Source: Alphaproteobacteria bacterium
GTDB taxonomy: Bacteria > Pseudomonadota > Alphaproteobacteria > UBA828
Direction of reading: 5' to 3'
Assembly: GCA_963422645.2 (NCBI GenBank)
Contig: CAXXVO010000002.1
Span: forward strand, 64,001-128,000
Length of the DNA stretch: 64,000 nt
Shown here one piece after another: positions 1-8,390 of this stretch. A program made the position numbers and the translations under genes. Within the stretch, counting starts at the first letter, position 1. Every line of letters starts with the position of its first letter. Under the pieces are notes generated by a model, which did not search any database, was not told the DNA's origin, and saw nothing but the letters and a program-made list of their open reading frames with translations.

Positions 1-1260
1 CTGCAACCCCTCAAATGCCAGATCGTTCATGAATTGCCGTCGCCAGAGTAAACTTTGATCAGCCTCGCTGATTTGAGCCTCGGTACAGACCGCGTCCCAG
101 TTGGCCGCGATCGCTGCGATCTGGTCCTTCATGATCGCCAGCGCGCGTTCGTCCGTGAGAAGGAACTTGTTGGCGGCGGCGAGGCAGAGCGACAGTTGGC
201 TGCGGCGCTCGCGTCCGTGGATCTGCATGGCCTGCGAGGCTTCGCGTCCGGTCCTCGATTGTGGGCAAATGTCGTAGGCCGGCGTGAGTGCAAGACTGGC
301 GCCGTCCCAGAAGGCGGCGTGGTTCCGGGCATGGTCGTCCGTGTTGCCGACAAGAATATTGAAGGTCATGCGCGCGAAAAGTTCCTTCAGCATCTCGGCC
401 GGAGCGGTGAAGCGCGCCCGGACGATGTCGGCGAGCGCTTCGTAGGACGCGTGGGCTGCGAAGCGCTCGTCGAGGCCGAGCAGGGTCAACGCGGAAACCA
501 TGGCAAGCCGCTTCCAGCCGCCCTCCGCAGGCTCCCGGTCGAAGCGCCGGATCAGGAGAACATCTTTGTTCATCGCCCGCACGAGCTCGACCGGCGCAAC
601 ATTTAGGCCGACAGTGCTCGCGAGGCGCATGGCGATGAACTCGGCCTTGACGACGCTGAAGGTGTCGGTCGACGAGGAGAATTTCGCGACATACTTGATG
701 TCGCCGTCCCGGATGAGCGCCTTCGGCCTCGCTCCCCCGATCGCCGTGCCGTGCTGCAATGCCTCGGCCAGGTCGGGCGCCAGCGGCAGGCCCCGATCGA
801 CGCGGTCGGCCGAATCCAGCATGCGTTCGAGCGTTTCGTGGTCGGCCTCGCGGGGAACGTAGTCCCTGGGAGAAGCCTGAAAGTCGAGCGCCCCGGTGCG
901 GTCGGAGCCGGACTGGAGCATGAAGGTGAGCTCGTCGAGGTCGGCAATCTCACTGGCCTCGCCACCCGCTCCGGCGAGGCGATGAGCGATCACCCGGCGC
1001 CCCCAGGCATCCGGCGAGGCGTCGCGTAGGGCATTGGCGATCTCGAGTGGCGGTTCGGGCACGATGGCGCCGGCGCGCAAGGGCAATTCGGGCGCATAGA
1101 CCGGGATCGCGTCTTTCCTGGTCAGATACGAACGACCATAGGTGAAGACGAAGTGATCGTCTTCGGCGTGAATGCGGCCTGCGACCACGGGCACGGTCTT
1201 GCCTGGCAGCCATATCCAGACGAAAGCCTCGCGCGGCCGGGAGGCGTCAGAAGTCATCAT
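1..1260 (-). CDS. hipA: HipA-family toxin (Ser/Thr kinase-like), 3' end runs off the window
   Basis: Not in ORF track (no stop in window). Manual translation from ATG 1260: MMTSDASRPREAFVWIWLPG...DASPDAWGR...SGSDRTGALDF...GTAIGGARPK...FNILVGNTDDHARNH...LTPAYDI. These are HipA P-loop, catalytic and Mg-binding motifs. Start overlaps the antitoxin stop. Confidence 0.9.
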   Translation of the reverse strand, partial: MMTSDASRPREAFVWIWLPGKTVPVVAGRIHAEDDHFVFTYGRSYLTRKDAIPVYAPELPLRAGAIVPEPPLEIANALRDASPDAWGRRVIAHRLAGAGGEASEIADLDELTFMLQSGSDRTGALDFQASPRDYVPREADHETLERMLDSADRVDRGLPLAPDLAEALQHGTAIGGARPKALIRDGDIKYVAKFSSSTDTFSVVKAEFIAMRLASTVGLNVAPVELVRAMNKDVLLIRRFDREPAEGGWKRLAMVSALTLLGLDERFAAHASYEALADIVRARFTAPAEMLKELFARMTFNILVGNTDDHARNHAAFWDGASLALTPAYDICPQSRTGREASQAMQIHGRERRSQLSLCLAAANKFLLTDERALAIMKDQIAAIAANWDAVCTEAQISEADQSLLWRRQFMNDLAFEGLQ

Positions 1261-1582
1261 CGACCTCGCGCCGGGACTTGCGGATCGAGCCCGGCATCAG
1301 GGCGAGCTTGTCGTCGGTCCGCTCAAGTTGCGGCGCGAGTGTCGTCGCCTCCGGAACGAACAGATCGACGCCGGTAAGGGTGGCGGCTTCCAGCACTAGG
1401 CCGATCGCGACCGAGGGATTGCCTTTCTCGATGAGCTGCAACGTACTTCGGGCCACTCCGATACGGGCCGCGAGATCGGTTTCGGACATGCGCCGGCGCT
1501 TCCGGGCGAGCCTGACCTGCTTGCCCAGGAGAAGGAGCGCCTCTTCGGTAAGGCGCGAGTAGGAGCGCGGTGTGCTCGGCAT
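1247..1582 (-). CDS. XRE/HTH antitoxin (HipB-like)
   Basis: VRLARKRRRMSETDLAARIGVARSTLQLIEKG Cro/XRE HTH; 14-bp overlap with hipA start. Confidence 0.85.
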   Translation of the reverse strand: MPSTPRSYSRLTEEALLLLGKQVRLARKRRRMSETDLAARIGVARSTLQLIEKGNPSVAIGLVLEAATLTGVDLFVPEATTLAPQLERTDDKLALMPGSIRKSRREVDDDF

Positions 1583-1592
1583 GGCAAAATGC

Positions 1593-1641
1593 TGACTGAT
1601 TTATCGGTCACTAATCTATATGTGACCGTGTCACTGGTCAA
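1593..1641 (-). promoter_or_regulatory. sigma70-type promoter of the TA operon overlapped by two palindromic operators
   Basis: Minus strand TTGACC (1641-1636)-17 nt-TAGATT (1618-1613); operators TGACT-N8-GGTCA (1593-1610) and TGACC-N8-GGTCA (1623-1640). Confidence 0.7.
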
Positions 1642-1794
1642 ACGGAATTAGATACCGTTGCCTCCGCAGTCTGCCCCGCCACGCTCCGGGACGTGTCGAA
1701 ACGCAGGTTCCGGCCCAGCCATACCCCGCAGGTCGGTATGTCTCCGTCGGCCGACGGGTCCATCCGCTCCGTCGACTCGGCTATTGGGGAGCTT

Positions 1795-2074
1795 CTATGC
1801 AATTTCCCCCAGTCGATTTTCGGCCGGGTCGCAGGTCGTTTGTCGGATACGGCTGGCAAGCGGCAACTGACGCAGACGCTCCACAACTGTAGTCGTCGGC
1901 GCGCCAAGATCAATTGTCGCGAAACGGATAAGATGTCCCTGAATCTCGGCGGCCTCGTCCACATCGAACTTGATGGCGGGATAGAGAAGCATGCCTTCCG
2001 AATTTAGCGAGCGCGGGTCATCACTGCGTTCCTGGCTGCGAAGGTAGGAATAGAGCTGGTAGATGTGGCTAGTC
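1795..2074 (-). pseudogene. 3' remnant of an McrC-like restriction component
   Basis: SHIYQLYSYLRSQE...EGMLLYP...IQGHLIRFATIDL resembles the McrC C-terminus; N-terminal part absent and replaced by a transposase upstream region. Confidence 0.6.
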
Positions 2075-2231
2075 TCAGACTTCCTGACCTCGTGATGCTG
2101 GCTGTTCTGGGCAGCGTGCCGGGAACTCCTTGAATTCTGATACATTTCGGTTGTTTCAGGCGGTTTTTCGCTGGGTGTCGCGCCCGAGGTCTGATATTAT
2201 AATTTGATACCAATTGCACGGGGTCTCAACC

Positions 2232-3008
2232 ATGCCCAGTACCCTCCCAATGTGCCCTCCAGAGGCGGTCTCGATCGGCAACAGCTGCTTCGCCGTCCTG
2301 ATCTCGGACGACACCTTCACCTACTTTTCCAACCTCATTCCCTTTGACAGCCACGCCGCCGATGACCGCACGGCCATGCTCTTGCGGATCGGCCGCCTCG
2401 CGGCGATCAGCGCGGTCTCGCCGCAGGAACTGGCTGACGCTTTCGCTGTCTCGCGCGCGACGGTGCAGCGCGCACGACGGCGCTACCTGGCCGAGGGCGA
2501 AGCGGGGTTCATGAAGCCCCGGCGCGGTCGCGGGCCGTCGGTGTTCACTCCGGAGTTGGCGGAGAAGGCGACGGCGTTGCTGGCATCGGGCCTGAGCGGC
2601 TCTGCGGCGGCCCGGGTTCTCGGCGTGTCAGCGCCATCGGTCAACAAGTGGCGCCGTCAGGGACTGATCGGCAACACGGAGGCGGATGGGGAGCCCGGAC
2701 GCTCAGCGCTGGCTGCGCCGCCTGACGCGGGTGCGGCTCCTGAAGGCCGTGTCGATGAAGAGAGTACCGGTGCCCCGGGGCCGGAGACGGCGCCGGGGCT
2801 GGAAGCGCAGCCGCAAACGGATCGCAGCGCGCGCGATCGGCGGGACCGGCAGGCGCCGATGGGGCGTGCGACTTGCGATGTTCCGGCTCGGGTTCTGGCC
2901 AGTTGTGGACAGGCGGGGCCGGTCGAACCGCAGTTCGCCGCCGCCGCCCGCGGTGTCCGCTTCGGCGGCGTGCTCGCCGCCCTGCCGGCCCTGCTGAAGG
3001 AAGGTCTC
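2232..3008 (+). pseudogene. Truncated HTH-containing putative transposase (N-terminal part only)
   Basis: Two HTH segments (ELADAFAVSRATVQRARRRY; SAAARVLGVSAPSVNKW) then GGVLAALPALLKEGL; after ~3008 the frame runs into antisense of another transposase. Confidence 0.6.
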
Positions 3009-3221
3009 TGCCCGCGCCCGGTAGTACCAGCGCTCGATCGTCGAGGCCGCAAAGCGCACCGGCCCCTTGCCCGACGGGTGCTCCCAGTCGCGCTGCGACA
3101 GACGCTCGAACTCGGCCCCCAGCTGGCCTGCAGGCGGCGGTGAAGCCAGAAGCGGCCCCACCACCGCAAAGCGCAGCCGGGCCCACTTCTCGCGCCTGGC
3201 GCCTGCGTCGTCCTTGTCCAT
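3009..3221 (-). pseudogene. N-terminal fragment of a Mu-like/DDE integrase-transposase
   Basis: GAGGGAGG SD, ATG 3221: MDKDDAGARREKWARLRFAVVGPLLASPP...RFAASTIERWYYRAR; no catalytic domain follows. Confidence 0.6.
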
Positions 3222-3270
3222 TCCGGCATCCCTCCCTCGCCGCATCGGAGAGATGCCCATGTAGAACGCC

Positions 3271-3888
3271 CTATCCGGGCGTGACAGGAACACTTTCTGC
3301 GGGCGGCGCCGAGCCATCGCCGAGCCCGCAATAGCCCGTCCACGGCTTGAACCAGATCAGGCTCAGGAACAGACGCTCACCGAAGCGTCCGCCCCGCATC
3401 TGCCGCAGCACGAAGAGCAGCGGCACCTCCTCGGGTGGCATCACCAGTTCGCCACGCTTCGCTCCCCAGGGCTCCGTCGCCGGGAACGCCTCCAGCCACC
3501 ACTTCCGCCAGCGGCGCAGTGTGGCGACCGAGACCCCCCACTTCCGCTTGATCGTCTGCAACCGCACCCCGCCTCTCAGAACCAGTGCACTCAACAGAAC
3601 GAACAGGGCGCCCAGATAAAAGCGGCGCCCGAAGAATCGTACCGATGGTGGGGTCGCTCGCAGGCGGCAATCCGCGCAGCAGAAGCTGAACCGCCGCGTG
3701 CCCTCTTCCCTCAACTCGGCTGCCAGACCGTACGGCTTGCGCGGATACGTCGCGCTGTGCAGCTTGCCGGGGCAGTGTCGGCAGCCCGCCTCGCGGCAGC
3801 GCGCCGCCTCGGCCTCATCGACCTCGCGCAGCCAGGCCCAGACCAGGGCGTTGCAAAGCATGGAGTGGCGGAAAATGTTGTGCGACAT
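3271..3888 (-). CDS. Cys-rich Zn-finger/HTH accessory protein of a DDE transposon
   Basis: CRHC...CCADC motifs, [34 protein letters not shown]; directly upstream of the DDE fragment. Confidence 0.65.
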   Translation of the reverse strand: MSHNIFRHSMLCNALVWAWLREVDEAEAARCREAGCRHCPGKLHSATYPRKPYGLAAELREEGTRRFSFCCADCRLRATPPSVRFFGRRFYLGALFVLLSALVLRGGVRLQTIKRKWGVSVATLRRWRKWWLEAFPATEPWGAKRGELVMPPEEVPLLFVLRQMRGGRFGERLFLSLIWFKPWTGYCGLGDGSAPPAESVPVTPG

Positions 3889-3930
3889 TGGGGCCGTCTC
3901 TGGCGATTGTGACCGTCACCACGAGACAAA

Positions 3931-3967
3931 GCCCCCCGGCGAACTTCTTGCAAGTTCGCCGAGGGGC
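3931..3967. repeat. Inverted repeat (16-bp arms, 1 mismatch) near the transposon end
   Basis: GCCCCCCGGCGAACTT-cttgc-AAGTTCGCCGAGGGGC. Confidence 0.6.
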
Positions 3968-4034
3968 ACCCGCCCCAAAACCTCAACAAATCCGAGCGGA
4001 TCAGGCCCCGATCCCCGCTGAAAGACCGCGCGCG

Positions 4035-5084
4035 CTCATCGGCACGTTCAGGACGCGGAACCGGGCTGCAAGGCAGGGCCGCAACCCGGCGACGGGCGAG
4101 AGTGTGCGGATACCGGCGTCGAAGGTACCGTCGTTCAAGGCGGCAAAAGGTCTCAGGGAGGCGGTGAAACGGGGCTGGCAACCGGATGCGGCGGTGCCCG
4201 GGGATGACGGCGATGGCGAGCCCGGCAACTCAGGCGCGATGCTGGAGATGTCGGACTGGCCGGGCGGCGTGGAGCCGGTCTGGACCCTGTTGGAGCCGGA
4301 GAGCGCCCGGGCGCTGCGGACGGAACCGGCGGCGGATAACCCGACACTGCGGCTGGCGGCGGACCTGCCGGACGAGGCGTTCGCAGAATCGGCCTTCGTG
4401 CGCAATGCCCTGATCGCGCTCGAACTGATAAGCAACGAGTTCTTGCCGAGGTTCACCGAGAAGGGGCATTTCGGGCGCGAGATGGTCGCGTCGATGCGCG
4501 AGGCGATGACCTGGCCGGGAATGGAGGCGACCGAGCAGTTCCGGACGGGAAAGGCGCTGCGTGAGGGAGACGTCTGGGAGCTTCACCTGCTGCATCGGCT
4601 GATGGACCTGGCCGGGCTCATGGACGGGCAGGCGTTCCTGGGCCAGTTGACCGCGTTGGGGCGCGAGATGCGCGAACCCGGACGACGGGGCGCCCTCCAG
4701 GCGCTGCTGTTCAGACACCTCTTCTGGCGCGCGGACCTCTCGGAGTTCGTGGAGACGTTTCCGCGAGGGCTGCCGGGCCGGTGGCCGCAGGACGATACCG
4801 GCGTGATCCTCTGGGGGCTCTCGAACGTGGCCGGAGAGTGGCAGAGCGCGGACACGCTCAGGACGCTGACCACGGTTCGCGACGATTCTGTGGCGGGACT
4901 GCACTGGAACGCGGAGGGCACGATGTTCGCGGGCCGCGTTCTGCAACCTTTGCGCTGGTTCGGGCTGCTCGAATACCACGGGCCTCCGGAGAGGTTCGAG
5001 GTGGGCTGGCGCAAGACCCCCCTCTTCGACCGCTTCCTGTCGTTCGATGTGAGGCTCGCGAAGGACCGGGGGACGGGTCACTGA
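4035..5084 (+). CDS. HU/IHF C-terminal half fused in frame to a hypothetical domain; 5' end probably disrupted, start uncertain
   Basis: [45 protein letters not shown] (4035-4169) is an HU beta-arm plus last helix; ~300 aa unknown domain follows. Confidence 0.6.
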   Translation, partial: LIGTFRTRNRAARQGRNPATGESVRIPASKVPSFKAAKGLREAVKRGWQPDAAVPGDDGDGEPGNSGAMLEMSDWPGGVEPVWTLLEPESARALRTEPAADNPTLRLAADLPDEAFAESAFVRNALIALELISNEFLPRFTEKGHFGREMVASMREAMTWPGMEATEQFRTGKALREGDVWELHLLHRLMDLAGLMDGQAFLGQLTALGREMREPGRRGALQALLFRHLFWRADLSEFVETFPRGLPGRWPQDDTGVILWGLSNVAGEWQSADTLRTLTTVRDDSVAGLHWNAEGTMFAGRVLQPLRWFGLLEYHGPPERFEVGWRKTPLFDRFLSFDVRLAKDRGTGH

Positions 5085-5332
5085 GCGCGCATTGCCGGGA
5101 GGACGGCCGCACCGCGCGGGGGTGATCGAGGTGTCGGGCCTGGGTGCAGGTTGCTGCGATGGCTGCGGCAGCGGCACAGGGTTCGCACGGGCCGATGATG
5201 GATCGCCCCGTATGAGGCGCGTGGCCGCCGCCGTCTCTCCGCGCACCGAAGACGAGGGATGGGCGGTTCTTACGGGGCTGCCGATCTCTCCCGTACGGAA
5301 TCGGTCCGCGCCGACCGGCCGGCGTGGAAGCG

Positions 5333-7426
5333 CTAGGCCTCGTTGGGAAGGTTGAGGGAGGAGACGCGCATCCGCTTCCTCCGTTCGAAGAAGATCGGGA
5401 GATCGGCGCGAGCCGCGGGGCCGGACGGCTCGCCGCCGGCGAGAGCGGTGAGCAGGGACAGCGCGGGGTAGTCCTCGATTTCGAGCTCGTCTCTCGGCCA
5501 GTCGTCGTCGAGGATGCGCACCCCCTGAGCGAATCCTCGCGCCCAGGTCGTCAGCTCGCCGTCGCCGAGAGCGGCGAGCGCGTCCGCGGCGAAGCCGCTC
5601 TCTCCGATACCGCGGTCGAACTCGTTGTGGCGCTCCGGTGCGCGGCGCAGGAACTCCCCGGTCCCCTCGCCGCCGATGCCCCGGACCCCGTCCGCGAGCG
5701 CGTGCAGCCATTCCGCGGGACGGGGCTCCCGGGGCGCGAGCACCGCGGCCGCGACGTAGCCGTCGAGCCAGGCCAGCGAAGCAGCGCAATGCAGGTCCCC
5801 CTCCGGCCACGCCGCCGCCTCGGCAAGGGCGGCCAACGGGTCCGGACGCCCTGCGTCGCCGGCGCGAAGCCGGCGTTCCTCCTCGTGCCAGACGTCGACG
5901 GTGGCGAGGAAGATGCTATCCATGATCGGGATGCCCTTGAGCGCGCGTCCGTCGAGCAGGGCCGAGGCCACGGCGGCGAAGGAGCGCCAGTCGGCGTCGC
6001 CGGCGGCCTTCAGGACATGGGCGGCGCGCAGCACGAGAAGGGCCCAGTCGCCGCGCCTCTCTTCGAGGCGCGCCCGGAAAGCTTCGAGCGTCTGCCGTGG
6101 ACCGTCAGCGGCCTTCAGCGATTCGTCCAGCAGCGCCGTGCCCTCGAACCATGTGTCCATGATCGGCCGGTCGTCGGGCCACGCAGAGCTGCGGCGGATC
6201 AGCTCGTCCCGCTCCGCGTCGGGCAGGCCGGCGATCGCGCCTCCCGGGTCGAGTTCCGTGAGCCAGTCGGGCGCCGTCATCGCCCGCGGGCGCAGCTCGG
6301 AAAGGCCAAAGCCGGCGGCGACGTCGATCAGATAGGCCGGTGGAGGCCGCCCTTCGGCAAGTCCGTCCGCGAGCGCGGCGGAAAGCGCGGTCTCGAAGGC
6401 TTCGAACGGTACGTCGAGCGCCCCCAGCTCGTCCTCCAGGTTGCACGCGGCACTCAGGGCTTCGTCGTCCCGGAAGATGCGCGCGATGGTGACGCCGTGG
6501 CCGGCCTTGACCACCACCACCGCGCAAGCGGGTCCGTCCGCAGGGTCGAGCATGGCGGCGAGATGCTGCATGCTCGAGCCGGCCGGCAGGGCGGCGAGGA
6601 AACGCGTCGGACGGCCCGCGGGGCGCGCCATCGGGTGGAAGCGGCCCCGCAGCCGGGTCTCGCGCAGGGCGGTATCCAGCAAGGGACGCGCGGAATCCGC
6701 CGGCATCCAGTTCCGGATGAGCGGCACGAGCGCCGGCAGGGCGGGCTCCATGGCGTCGCCCCGCACCCGGCCGGAGAGGCCGCTGGCGGCCGCCAGGCGA
6801 ACCTCGGGCGAGCGGTCCAGCAGCCAGTAGAGGGCGGCGCGGCCGTACCGCTCCTCTTCGCGCCCCGAAACATGGTGGACGAAGGTCGGCCTGAACTCGG
6901 ACGGAAGGACCGCCATCAGGTTGGCGAGGAGGTCGTGCAGCAGATGATCGTCGCCGCCCGCATGGCGCGCGAGACGGTCGATCTCCCCGTCCAGCAGGCC
7001 GGGAAACGCGGCAAGCGCCTGGCCGGTGCCGGGTTCGCCGGCGAAGATCGGGAAGAGGCATTCCGGCGCATCCAGGCCTGCGCGGATGAAGGCGCGTGCC
7101 AGACCGAGCGCGGCGTGGTCCGGGAGGTCGCCGCGGGCGGCCAGGGTATCGATGGCGCCGCGCGCCTCGGCGAGGAAGGGCTCGCCGAAGCGGCGTCGGT
7201 TCTCGGCATCGCGTTGCGCCCGTTCGACCAGGACCCCGAACAGGTCGAGCGGAGCGTTGCGCTCCGAGTCCGCGGTCCGCGCGATGCGGGCGGCGAGCAT
7301 GGAAGCCATGCCCGTCCTGCCGAGAAGCACCGGCGCGTGCTGCTCCGCCAGCTCCCTTCGGTCGAGGAAGTCGTCGAAGCCGTCGAGCTCGTCGAGGCAG
7401 GCTTGCAGAAGATCGGCTTCGGGCAT
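5333..7426 (-). CDS. Large hypothetical protein with C-terminal UPF0149/YecA-like domain
   Basis: Probable start MPEADLLQ at 7426; C-terminal SLAWLDGYVAAAVLAP...EWL...WARGFAQG resembles UPF0149. Confidence 0.6.
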   Translation of the reverse strand: MPEADLLQACLDELDGFDDFLDRRELAEQHAPVLLGRTGMASMLAARIARTADSERNAPLDLFGVLVERAQRDAENRRRFGEPFLAEARGAIDTLAARGDLPDHAALGLARAFIRAGLDAPECLFPIFAGEPGTGQALAAFPGLLDGEIDRLARHAGGDDHLLHDLLANLMAVLPSEFRPTFVHHVSGREEERYGRAALYWLLDRSPEVRLAAASGLSGRVRGDAMEPALPALVPLIRNWMPADSARPLLDTALRETRLRGRFHPMARPAGRPTRFLAALPAGSSMQHLAAMLDPADGPACAVVVVKAGHGVTIARIFRDDEALSAACNLEDELGALDVPFEAFETALSAALADGLAEGRPPPAYLIDVAAGFGLSELRPRAMTAPDWLTELDPGGAIAGLPDAERDELIRRSSAWPDDRPIMDTWFEGTALLDESLKAADGPRQTLEAFRARLEERRGDWALLVLRAAHVLKAAGDADWRSFAAVASALLDGRALKGIPIMDSIFLATVDVWHEEERRLRAGDAGRPDPLAALAEAAAWPEGDLHCAASLAWLDGYVAAAVLAPREPRPAEWLHALADGVRGIGGEGTGEFLRRAPERHNEFDRGIGESGFAADALAALGDGELTTWARGFAQGVRILDDDWPRDELEIEDYPALSLLTALAGGEPSGPAARADLPIFFERRKRMRVSSLNLPNEA

Positions 7427-7560
7427 GGTCGTGTCCGGGATAGAGGGCTGATGCCGGGGATCGAGACGCATCGTGCCATGGCGAGCCCGGTCGTTGAAGA
7501 CGGCAGGGAGAGACGAAGAGGCGGCGGGGCGCCCGCAGCGGACACCCCGCCGACGGTGGA

Positions 7561-7881
7561 TCAGCGGCGCCGGGCGTCGACGAAAATGCCCGCCGCGTAG
7601 CTCCCCCACATTTGCATGCCCGAGTCCGTCAGGTTGACCCCGGTGCAGACGATGACCTCGTGGCGCTCGGGCCGCAGCCGCTGAACGGCCCGCAAGCTCA
7701 TCGCCTTGCGCGCCTGCTTGCGTCCGCCCTTCGATCCCTTGCCGGGCCGCCAGGGCCGGATCTGGCCCTAGTAGTCGGACAGGTACCGCTCGACCACGTA
7801 GCGCTGGTCATCGAGCCCTTGCCCGAACAGGTGGGTGAGGTAGGTTCGGGCGTTTCCATGGAGTGTGCCGTTGATCTGCAT
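7561..7881 (-). pseudogene. Small hypothetical ORF with in-frame amber stop
   Basis: GGGAGG SD, ATG 7881, TAG at codon 38 (7768-7770), frame stays open to TGA 7561. Confidence 0.45.
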
Positions 7882-8390
7882 GTGCCGCCTCCCGCTAGCC
7901 TGTGAGTGGAAGCGGCGAGGACGCCTCTCGCCGGACGCCGCACGCCGCGCCCCGCTTCAGGCCGGGCTCTCCCTCCTGCCGGCGTGAGGGCGCCGGCGCG
8001 GAGCAAGGATCGTGATGCGGGTTGAAGGCGGGGGGCCGCACGCCGCCGGGCCGGGCGGCCCTGCGGCGCCGCCGAGGCCCGGATGGGCGACGGCATGGCT
8101 GGGCCGTGCGCGGCTGCGGAGGACGGGGCGGCGATCCCGCTGCCGGGGTTTCCGCGGGCTTTTGAGGTCAGGAGTGGTCTGGAGTTTACTTCGGGGTGGT
8201 TACTGGGTGATTATTTTCCTCGTTCCGGCGTCGGGCGCACGCTCGTGTCTTCTCCCAAGCTATTGAAATGAAATGGTTATGCGCGACGGCGCGCCCAACC
8301 GTGTTGGTGGTGAGAAATGCGGGCTAGGCGTACGGGGCAATGCGCGTCGCGTGTGCCGCCGCGGGTCGCAATCCTGGAGAGGCGTCGGGG

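Noticed and set aside
5324-7600. 758-aa plus-strand ORF and other long antisense ORFs (e.g. 18875-20701, 35094-36404, 37743-39554, 54548-56434)
   Set aside because: Shadows of real genes caused by high GC; no recognisable motifs.
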